Shown here one piece after another: positions 52,853 through 61,075 of a DNA stretch of 64,000 nt; within the stretch, counting starts at the first letter, position 1, and each line of letters begins with the position of its first letter. The stretch is from Cyanobacteriota bacterium (GTDB lineage Bacteria; Cyanobacteriota; Cyanobacteriia; Cyanobacteriales; Nostocaceae). Made by a program: the position numbers and the translations under genes. The stretch covers positions 96,001-160,000 of the forward strand of contig JBJOKS010000006.1 in NCBI GenBank assembly GCA_046045965.1. The letters run 5' to 3'. Under the pieces are notes generated by a model. It saw only the letters and a program-made list of their open reading frames with translations. It was not told the DNA's origin and searched no databases.

Positions 52853-53343
52853 ACTAGTACAGCACGGCGTAAATAAACCAACCATTCTCAATTGCTATTT
52901 ATGAAGCAATTCACTCACAGGAACATCATCACCTGACTATATTTGCATAGGAAAATGAAATTAGAATGAAGAAATTGAAGTTAAAAAATGTGATTTCAAT
53001 ATTAGGTAATAATTACGGTGTGTTTCAGGTTTATGAAGTCCACCTCTCGCAAACCTTCTTCTTCGTAAGGGTAAAGTTCGCGACAGCGCGGGTGGGGTAT
53101 TTTTGTACCTCACAAAGTTGAACTCTTCTGTATAACTTCTCTAAAGCTTCTGCTGAATTTTGTATTAATTCGCTATAAAAAGAGCCAAAATAATAAATTA
53201 GGTTACAAACAAACCTTCTGTCAACTTAGTGATAATATTCTTTTAAATGCTCAAAATATGGCTTTTAAATCTATCTTTTGATAGTAGATTTATCCCCAAA
53301 TTAGGCTTGTTGATTATATACCAAATATGTAAATTTTTGGACA

Positions 53344-53446
53344 CTTCCTATAGGAAGATGACTATAAATAGAAGTAGCTTTAAATTAATCTTGGTGTGTC
53401 GAATAACTGCTTTCTATGGAGGTTTAGCTGCGCTAAACCTTTTTTT
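53344..53446 (+). ncRNA. Putative sRNA cassette 1 (operator, -10, short RNA, terminator)
   Basis: CTTCCTATAGGAAG 53344-57; TAAATT 53381-86; AGGTTTAGC-tgc-GCTAAACCT-T6. Confidence 0.65.
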
Positions 53447-53490
53447 ATGATTTGTCGAATCTGGCAGTAATATTATTTTTTTAAATCATA

Positions 53491-53590
53491 CTTCCTATAG
53501 ACTGATTAATTTAGGAAATACAGTATCTAAATTATGAAAATATAATCTACTTCTACTCAAGGCTTGGTGCAACACCAAGTCTTTATTTTT
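53491..53590 (+). ncRNA. Putative sRNA cassette 2
   Basis: CTTCCTATAGACTG 53491-504; TAAATT 53528-33; GGCTTGGTG-caa-CACCAAGTC-TTTATTTTT. Confidence 0.6.
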
Positions 53591-53704
53591 AAATAGCATT
53601 TTCTTAATTGAAATACTGCACATTCTCAGTCATGGTAGGATTGATAATTGCCATTCTAGGGTAAAATCAGGTCAATCAATAACAGGTTTTATCATATTTG
53701 TACA

Positions 53705-53807
53705 CATCCGCTAGGTAGATGATAGGAAATATAAGTAAGCTTACATTAAGTAGATATGGTAAACACTTGGTATATATGTGGGCTTGGTTCATCGCCAAGC
53801 CTTTTTT
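53705..53807 (+). ncRNA. Putative sRNA cassette 3
   Basis: CATCCGCTAGGTAG 53705-18; TACATT 53742-47; GGCTTGG-N7-CCAAGCC-T6. Confidence 0.65.
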
Positions 53808-53927
53808 GTAGGAAAAAAGCAGTTGAGATTCTTAACTTCTCTAAGCATTCAGCAATATTATTTTTCACGTCTTAATTGTGCGGTATGTTAATTATTACTC
53901 AGATACAAGCTAAAAATGTAATTTAAT

Positions 53928-54032
53928 TATCCTTTAGGTAGTAGAAATATTGATTTATAGAAAGTATGATTCAGTCTATTAATGCCTGAAAAATGTGTAT
54001 TCACCCTGGAATAATATCTAGGGTCTTTTTTT
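53928..54032 (+). ncRNA. Putative sRNA cassette 4
   Basis: TATCCTTTAGGTAG 53928-41; TATGAT 53965-70; ACCCTGGA-N6-TCTAGGGT-C-T7. Confidence 0.55.
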
Positions 54033-54123
54033 ATGCAGACTGTTTAACTATATGACTTCTTCAAGAAGTCGTACCTCTCTACTCAGAGTCGTATTTCATA
54101 GCAGGTTTTATCAATTTTGTACA

Positions 54124-54225
54124 CACCTGAGAGAGAGATGAACTAGAAGAAAACAGAGTTTAAATTAACTATATATGGTAAACACCTGGTATATACAGAG
54201 GCTTGGCTTGAGTCCAAGCCTTTTT
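54124..54225 (+). ncRNA. Putative sRNA cassette 5
   Basis: CACCTGAGAGAGAG 54124-37 (degenerate); TAAATT 54161-66; AGGCTTGG-N7-CCAAGCCT-T4. Confidence 0.65.
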
Positions 54226-54327
54226 CATTCTTTAGATAGATACTTATTGGCTTTTATACTGTTATCTAAGAGCAAATTTAAGAGTTTGACCAAGTAATGC
54301 TTTATCAGGTTTTGGGGTATTTGGACA

Positions 54328-54433
54328 CATCCTCTAGGAAGATGATCTGTAAGCTGACTAGAACTAAATTAATTTAGTACGTTGTTAAGCACAGCAATTA
54401 TAGAGGTTTGGTTAACAGCCAAACCTTTTTTTT
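54328..54433 (+). ncRNA. Putative sRNA cassette 6
   Basis: CATCCTCTAGGAAG 54328-41; TAAATT 54365-70; AGGTTTGGT-N5-GCCAAACCT-T7. Confidence 0.65.
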
Positions 54434-54657
54434 AATGTGTAAATATCACCCTCAATAAGTAATATTTCCAACTCAGTCATAAAGCAGATGTTTTTTGAAA
54501 TTTACTATACTATTCATAAAAAATTATTGATAGCGCAGCTTGATGTTAACCATAAAACAAGAACCCCGACTTCTTTCTTTTCATGGTCTATACTGGTACA
54601 ATGCAAATGTCACTCAAGCAGCGTTTTGTCTGCCGATATATCTCCAGAACATAAACT

Positions 54658-55695
54658 ATGAGTAATCACATCCCCGACTATGATCCTAGCGGTATAGCAG
54701 AAATTAATGGCAATCTCTTGGGTTTACCTTATGATTATGAGACTGCTAATTTAATTGTCTTTGCTGTTCCTTGGGAGGTTACTGTTTCCTATGGTGCAGG
54801 AACAGCTAATGCACCACAGCGAATTTTAGATGCTTCCTATCAAATAGATTTATTTGATTTTGATAATCCTGATGGTTGGAAACAGGGAATTTATTTAGTA
54901 GAAATTTCTCAAGATATTTTAGATAAAAATAATTATTATCGTCAACAAGCCGCTAAAATAATCGCCAGACAATCTGAAGGTAAAGAAATCACAGACGCAC
55001 CAGATTTAACACCTGTACTCACAGAAATTAATCAAGCAGGTGAACAGGTAAATCAATGGTTATTTAGCCAATGTCAGCAAGCAATGAATTTAGGTAAAAA
55101 AGTGGCTGTGATTGGTGGTGATCATAGTTCACCTTTGGGTTATTTCCAAGCTTTAGCAAATCAATATTCTGATTTTGGGATTTTACATATTGATGCACAC
55201 GCAGATTTAAGAGACGCTTACGAAGGTTTTGAATTTTCCCATGCGTCAATTATGTTTAATGCACTGAAAATTCCGCAAATTTCTAAGTTAGTGCAGGTAG
55301 GTTTGCGGGATATTTGTATTGATGAAGTGGAAATAATCAACGGTTCAAATAATCGAGTTGTTGCTTATTATGATTCAGCGATCAAACAACAACAATATGC
55401 GGGTAAAACTTGGATTGATTTATGTCAGGAAATAGTAGGGAATTTACCTGAGAATGTCCATATTAGTTTTGATGTTGATGGTTTAGATCCTAAACTTTGT
55501 CCTAATACGGGAACTCCTGTTCCGGGAGGATTGGAATTAGAACAGGTTTATTGTTTATTTAGGGAAGTTGTGAAAAATGGGAGAAAGATTATTGGGTTTG
55601 ATGTCAATGAAGTTGGTGATGCAGAATGGGATGGAAATGTGGGTGCGAGGATAGTTTATAAGTTGGCGAATTTGTTGGATTTATCGCAGAAATAA
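54658..55695 (+). CDS. speB: Agmatinase/arginase-family ureohydrolase
   Basis: GGDHS, HIDAHADLR, SFDVDGLDP, TGTPVPGG. Confidence 0.85.
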   Translation: MSNHIPDYDPSGIAEINGNLLGLPYDYETANLIVFAVPWEVTVSYGAGTANAPQRILDASYQIDLFDFDNPDGWKQGIYLVEISQDILDKNNYYRQQAAKIIARQSEGKEITDAPDLTPVLTEINQAGEQVNQWLFSQCQQAMNLGKKVAVIGGDHSSPLGYFQALANQYSDFGILHIDAHADLRDAYEGFEFSHASIMFNALKIPQISKLVQVGLRDICIDEVEIINGSNNRVVAYYDSAIKQQQYAGKTWIDLCQEIVGNLPENVHISFDVDGLDPKLCPNTGTPVPGGLELEQVYCLFREVVKNGRKIIGFDVNEVGDAEWDGNVGARIVYKLANLLDLSQK

Positions 55696-55750
55696 AAACC
55701 AGTAAAGAGGGGGGTGTTATAGAATAAAACAAAGCATATTAACTAAGACT

Positions 55751-56293
55751 ATGAAGACACTTGTTAAATGGTCTGTTGAAGATTATCATCGGATGATTAC
55801 CGCAGGGATTTTGAGCGATCGCCCTGTAGAATTACTAGCAGGGGAAATAGTGGAAATGTCTCCAGAAACACCTATTCATTACAACACCGCTAGACGTGGT
55901 ACTAAATACCTGGAGGAGTTACTAGCAAGTAAAGCAGAAGTTCGTTTTAATGGTCCAGTTACTTTATCTTCCTCTGAACCAGAACCAGATATAGCTATTG
56001 TCCGTTTACCAGAGTCAATTTATAATGAACGCCACCCAGAACCACAAGATATTTTTTGGATTATCGAAGTTGCTAATACGAGTTTACAGAAAGATGTAGA
56101 TATTAAAGCTGCTATTTATGCGGAAGCAGGAATACCAGAATATTGGGTTTTGAATTTAGCAGCTAAGAATATAATTGTGTTTCGAGAACCGGAAAATGGT
56201 AAGTATTTGAGTGAACAAATAATTGAGGAAGGGGTGATTATTCCTTTGGCGTTTGTAGATGTTCAAGTGTCAATTGAGAGACTTTTAGGGTGA
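55751..56293 (+). CDS. Uma2-family endonuclease
   Basis: VELLAGEIVEM, EPEPDIAIV, IEVANTS, YAEAGIPEYW. Confidence 0.92.
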   Translation: MKTLVKWSVEDYHRMITAGILSDRPVELLAGEIVEMSPETPIHYNTARRGTKYLEELLASKAEVRFNGPVTLSSSEPEPDIAIVRLPESIYNERHPEPQDIFWIIEVANTSLQKDVDIKAAIYAEAGIPEYWVLNLAAKNIIVFREPENGKYLSEQIIEEGVIIPLAFVDVQVSIERLLG

Positions 56294-56307
56294 TGTCGTT
56301 TGAGTAA

Positions 56308-56351
56308 ATGTCTGAATCAGGATGTCCAGGATTTAAGGATTTACAGGATGA
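56308..56351 (+). repeat. 44-bp dispersed repeat, copy 2
   Basis: 41/44 identical to 30377-30420. Confidence 0.8.
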
Positions 56352-56605
56352 GAAAATAATTGAATTAAAAATATATATTATTTGATTTCTACAAATTTAT
56401 TATCGTTTTATGAGTATAACTTAATATTGGCCTCAAGCACATTTCTAGCTCTGGCAACAGTTGTCTGTCAGTTCATATTATCCTAATTCTCTATCATGTG
56501 TAATATTGAAAGTCTGTATGTTTTTCCTTCTAACAAGAAAAGCTCATTTTTGACTGTGATATAATATACAATCAGATGTGCTAAATAATTGTGTGAGGAT
56601 GTCTG

Positions 56606-59600
56606 ATGACAAATGAAGAATTACTAAAAATAATTCAAGAAGCTGCTAATAATAAAGTTGAAAGATTGAATCTTTCTTACCAAAAATTAGATTTTTTACC
56701 AGCAGAAATTGGACAACTTGTTAACTTGACAGAGCTTGATATTAGTGGCAACCAACTGAGCAGTTTACCAGCAGAAATTGGACAACTTGTTAACTTGACA
56801 GAGCTTGATATTAGTGGTAATAAATTGAGCAGATTGCCATCAGAAATTGGAAAACTTCACAAACTAATAAAGCTAAACATTAGCGGAGATATATTTTTTA
56901 GTAACAACATATTAAAAAGTTTACCAGCAGAAATTGGACAACTTGTTAACTTGACAGAGCTTGATATTAGTGGTAATAAATTGAGCAGCTTACCAGTAGA
57001 AATTGGAAAACTTGTTAACTTAACTGAGCTTAATCTCAGTGGCAACCAATTAAAAAGCTTGCCATCAGAAATTGGACAACTTCACAAATTGAACAGACTT
57101 AACCTTGGTGGATATGGATTTTTAATTGGCAACCAATTACAACGTTTACCAGCAGAAATTGGACAACTTGCTAACTTAACTGAGCTTGATATTAGTGGTA
57201 ATAAATTGAGTAATTTACCATCAGAAATTATTCAACTTTCTCATTTGACTATACTTAATCTTAGTGATAATCAATTAAGCAGTTTACCACTAGAAATCAT
57301 TCAACTTTCTGAGTTAAATTGTCTTAGTCTAAGTCATAACCAATTTAGCAGTTTGCCAGCAGAGATTGGACAACTTACTAACCTAAGTGAGCTTGATATT
57401 AGTAACAATCAATTAACCAGTTTGCCAGCAGAGATTGGACAACTTACTAACCTAAGCGAGCTTGATATTAGTAACAATCAATTAACCAGTTTGCCAGCAG
57501 AGATTGGACAACTTACTAACCTAAGCGAGCTTGATATTAGTAACAATCAATTAACCAGTCTGCCAGCAGAGATTGGACAACTTACTAACTTGACTAGGCT
57601 TAACCTTAGTGGATATGATGTATTAGAAAGCAATGCAGTAGCTAGTTTACCATCAGAAATTATACAACTGGCTAACTTAATTGAGCTTAATATGAGTGGT
57701 AATAAATTAATTAATTTACCACCGGAAATTATAAAAATGTCTAGTTTGACTAGACTGAATATTAGTGACAACAGACTGAACAGCTTACCAGCAGAAATCG
57801 GACAACTTACAAACTTAATGGAGCTTGATATTAGTGCTAATCAACTGACTAGATTACCAGCAGAAATTGGAAAAATATATAAATTAAAATCTTTGTTAAT
57901 AAGTAATAATCAAATAGTTGATTTACCTCCAGAATTAGGAAATATAAAATTGTCACGGCTGAATTATGGTGGTAATCCGTTAGTATCGGTGCCACCAGAA
58001 ATTCGCAAAAAAGGTCATAGAGCTATTATCAATTTTTACAAGCAACAGCAAGAACAGGAAACTGATAAAATTTATGAAGCTAAATTACTGATTATAGGTG
58101 AAGGTGGTGCTGGTAAAACTACATTATCTAGTAAAATACAGAACGAAAATTATCAATTACAAGATGAAGATTCTACAGAAGGTATTGATGTTATTCAATG
58201 GAAATTTAAAATTGATAATGAAAAGGAATTTAAAGTTAATATTTGGGATTTTGGTGGACAAGAAATTTATCATACTACACATCAATTTTTTCTGACTAAA
58301 CGCTCTCTTTATATCCTAGTTGCTGATACTCGCAAAGAAGATACAGATTTCTATTATTGGCTGAATGTTGTAGAACTATTAAGTGATAATAGTCCTTTGC
58401 TAGTTGTCAAGAATGAAAAACAAGAGCGTAAACGAGAAATTAATGAAAAACAGTTAAGAGGTGAATTTACAAATCTTAAAGAAACTTTAGCCACGAATCT
58501 AGCGAATAATCGAGGTTTAACAGAAATTATCACACATATTAAACACCACATTCAAAACTTACCCCATGTAGGAACGGAACTACCAAGAAATTGGATTAAA
58601 GTGCGAGAGGCTTTAGAAGAAGATCCGCGTGACTATATCAGTTTGGAAGAATACTTTAAAATTTGTCAAGATAATGGCTTTACCACACAAGAAGATAAAC
58701 TATTTCTCAGTAGTTATCTGCATGATTTAGGTGTCTGCTTGCACTTCCAAGAAGATGAGCTATTAAGAAAAACAGTTATTCTTAAACCTACCTGGGGTAC
58801 AGATGCAGTTTATAAAGTATTAGATAACTCAGAAGTTACTGAAAATCTAGGTCAATTTAGTGGTGAGGATTTAGTTCACATTTGGCAAGAAGAGAAATAT
58901 GCCAATATGCGGCCAGAACTTTTACGGTTGATGATGAACTTTAAATTATGTTACGAAATCCCTAGTTGTCGTGGTAAATATATTGCGCCACAATTACTAA
59001 GTCCTAATCAACCAGAATATGACTGGGATGAAAGTGATAATTTACTATTACGTTATGAATATGAATTCATGCCTAAAGGTATGCTTACTCGTTTTATTGT
59101 GGAGATGCACCCTTGGATAGAAGGACAAAATTGTGTTTGGAAAACAGGTGTTGTTTTAAATAAAGATCAAGCTAAAGCTGAGGTGGTTGAATATTATAGA
59201 TATCATAAAGGAGAAATGAGGATTCGAGTTGCCGGCAAACGCAAGCGAGATTTGCTAGTCACTGTAATGTATGAACTCGAAAAAATTCATTCATCTTATG
59301 AACGTCTGAAAGATAAAATTAAAACTCTTGTACCTTGTAATTGTAGCAGTTGCAAAGGTAATCAGTCACCACATTTTTACCCATTAAAGATACTTTATAA
59401 ATTTTTGGATGACCACAGAGATATCCAATGTCAAAATAGTTACGAGATGGTTAATGTGCATGGTTTAATTGATGATGTCAATATAAAGCAAAGCCATTTT
59501 AGACTATCTGATGTTATAACTGAAGATGAACCTAAAGTTTATACTCTTATGCCTGATAGCAAGTACAGTATTCAAGCAGAAATAGTTCAGATTACTGAGC

Positions 59601-59944
59601 AAAATCATGGTGAAGTCATCGGTAAAAAATATGCCAATGATCCTCAGTTCAAAGAAGCATTGGCTGAAATTATTCAAATACTCAATAACCTAAAATCACA
59701 GAATCCAAATGCTACTGAAGCACAAGCTGAAGATATCATCGAAGCAGAATTTATAGCAATTCAAACTAATCAGCCCAATAAATTGCAGTTGTTAAGAAGA
59801 CAGCTATTGAACCATGAACGCTGGTTCAATGGTGGTAAATCAGCTTTAAGTGAAGTAGCAAAACATTATGTAGATAGCAATGTTTTTTATAAAGCAGGAT
59901 TAGCTTTCCTGGACGGTTTTAGTGCTGATGAGGAGGATATATAA
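56606..59944 (+). CDS. Roco protein: LRR - Roc GTPase - COR with C-terminal Cys cluster
   Basis: About 19 23-aa LRRs; GEGGAGKTT, STEGID, WDFGGQ, NEKQ; COR LHDLGVCLHF; PCNCSSC...C. Confidence 0.92.
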   Translation: MTNEELLKIIQEAANNKVERLNLSYQKLDFLPAEIGQLVNLTELDISGNQLSSLPAEIGQLVNLTELDISGNKLSRLPSEIGKLHKLIKLNISGDIFFSNNILKSLPAEIGQLVNLTELDISGNKLSSLPVEIGKLVNLTELNLSGNQLKSLPSEIGQLHKLNRLNLGGYGFLIGNQLQRLPAEIGQLANLTELDISGNKLSNLPSEIIQLSHLTILNLSDNQLSSLPLEIIQLSELNCLSLSHNQFSSLPAEIGQLTNLSELDISNNQLTSLPAEIGQLTNLSELDISNNQLTSLPAEIGQLTNLSELDISNNQLTSLPAEIGQLTNLTRLNLSGYDVLESNAVASLPSEIIQLANLIELNMSGNKLINLPPEIIKMSSLTRLNISDNRLNSLPAEIGQLTNLMELDISANQLTRLPAEIGKIYKLKSLLISNNQIVDLPPELGNIKLSRLNYGGNPLVSVPPEIRKKGHRAIINFYKQQQEQETDKIYEAKLLIIGEGGAGKTTLSSKIQNENYQLQDEDSTEGIDVIQWKFKIDNEKEFKVNIWDFGGQEIYHTTHQFFLTKRSLYILVADTRKEDTDFYYWLNVVELLSDNSPLLVVKNEKQERKREINEKQLRGEFTNLKETLATNLANNRGLTEIITHIKHHIQNLPHVGTELPRNWIKVREALEEDPRDYISLEEYFKICQDNGFTTQEDKLFLSSYLHDLGVCLHFQEDELLRKTVILKPTWGTDAVYKVLDNSEVTENLGQFSGEDLVHIWQEEKYANMRPELLRLMMNFKLCYEIPSCRGKYIAPQLLSPNQPEYDWDESDNLLLRYEYEFMPKGMLTRFIVEMHPWIEGQNCVWKTGVVLNKDQAKAEVVEYYRYHKGEMRIRVAGKRKRDLLVTVMYELEKIHSSYERLKDKIKTLVPCNCSSCKGNQSPHFYPLKILYKFLDDHRDIQCQNSYEMVNVHGLIDDVNIKQSHFRLSDVITEDEPKVYTLMPDSKYSIQAEIVQITEQNHGEVIGKKYANDPQFKEALAEIIQILNNLKSQNPNATEAQAEDIIEAEFIAIQTNQPNKLQLLRRQLLNHERWFNGGKSALSEVAKHYVDSNVFYKAGLAFLDGFSADEEDI
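57351..57590 (+). repeat. Near-identical 69-bp tandem LRR-coding repeats
   Basis: About 3.5 copies of TTGCCAGCAGAGATTGGACAACTTACTAACCTAAGYGAGCTTGATATTAGTAACAATCAATTAACCAGT. Confidence 0.9.
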
Positions 59945-60022
59945 AAGAAATATAAAAATATAATTGAAATATAAATTATCGGCTGGGTGCGTTTGCCCCA
60001 GCATATTTTTTAATATTAATAA

Positions 60023-60232
60023 CCCACATTCCGCAGAAGCGTAGAGTAAAAAAATAATTATCCCCAAAAGACATTATTGGTAAGGGTTTTCAGGCTTTTA
60101 GTTCAAATGAACCACAAAAACGCTATTGTGAATTTATCTCATTTATTGAGAACGTTTTTGGAAAAAAGTTTGTACAACCCTGAATCCTTCGTGATAATTA
60201 TTCAGACGTGGATTTTATCTGCGGAATGTGGG
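60023..60232. mobile_element. MITE, 210 bp, with perfect TIRs and flanking direct repeat
   Basis: CCCACATTCCGCAGA / TCTGCGGAATGTGGG; TTAATAA at 60016-22 and 60233-39. Confidence 0.85.
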
Positions 60233-60646
60233 TTAATAAATGCGTTCATGTGCAAAAAAACTTCCATCAACATGAAACAAATTACCTAACATCTCAGCTT
60301 GTTCTTGTGTTACTTCCACCTCACCATTAATTACTTTAGCAACTAACTCACTCGAACCAAAAATAGGAACTAAATCACCTAATTCTAAATCCTGCGCTTC
60401 CAATAAATGCAAAATTCTGGAACGAGGAGTAGAAACATTTATCTGATAATGCTGATTTTCAAAATCTTCAATTAGTCTTACCAATAATTCTAAAAGTGTC
60501 TTTTCTTCTGGTGTCAAATCAGAGCGAGAAAGTAAATCTTCCACCACTGCTAAAAAATTTTCGTTTTCTTCCTCAGTTTTAATAACTCGCGGTTGATACT
60601 GAGAAAGTAATTTACTGTAAACCTCTGAATCAAAAGTGAGGGTCAT
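60233..60646 (-). CDS. higA: HigA-type antitoxin (HTH)
   Basis: PRVIKTEEENE, LLVRLIEDFE, C-terminal HTH. The start may instead be 60676. Confidence 0.85.
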   Translation of the reverse strand: MTLTFDSEVYSKLLSQYQPRVIKTEEENENFLAVVEDLLSRSDLTPEEKTLLELLVRLIEDFENQHYQINVSTPRSRILHLLEAQDLELGDLVPIFGSSELVAKVINGEVEVTQEQAEMLGNLFHVDGSFFAHERIY

Positions 60647-60929
60647 TTTTCCAGTAGTTTTTGTCATATTCTGCATGAGTTAAGACATATTTAATATAGA
60701 TGACCTGGCTCTCATAGTTAATACTAGCAATTAAACGGTATTTATTGCCTTTAATATTGAAAACTGTAAAATTACCAACAGCTTCAGCTTTGGGATAAAC
60801 AGACTGTACCTCTATTAAATTAGCCCACTCAGCTTTACTAGCAGTAAAATACCAGTCATCAAGAGCTTCACAACTATCTGCGTGTTGTTGACAATATTTT
60901 CTGAGCTTTTTCCGACTGATGACGTGCAT
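60630..60929 (-). CDS. higB: HigB-family toxin
   Basis: MHVISRKKL, VFNIKGNKYRLI, LTHAEYDK. Confidence 0.92.
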   Translation of the reverse strand: MHVISRKKLRKYCQQHADSCEALDDWYFTASKAEWANLIEVQSVYPKAEAVGNFTVFNIKGNKYRLIASINYESQVIYIKYVLTHAEYDKNYWKNDPHF

Positions 60930-61075
60930 TAAACTTGTGATTTTAACTTGTACAGCCAATAGTTTTATAGATTCGTTTCAATAATAGCATGGTCTTAAAA
61001 TTAGATGCAGTGCGATCGCCTATAGTCAACAAGCGGTAAAATTAACAATCCAACCCCAAATTGCATCTATAACCC

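Noticed and set aside
53247..53810. Short peptides from the ATG following the box (30 aa in units 1 and 3; track ORF 53247-53450)
   Set aside because: The peptides are unrelated to each other, unit 5 stops after 2 codons and unit 6 after 11, units 2 and 4 lack the ATG, and the ATG lies upstream of the predicted TSS
53344..54433. CRISPR array interpretation of the repeated units
   Set aside because: The repeats are degenerate and irregularly spaced (147-223 bp), each unit has its own promoter and terminator, and no cas genes are in the window
60077..60289. 70-aa ORF inside the MITE
   Set aside because: No transposase motifs; it runs out of the element into higA antisense
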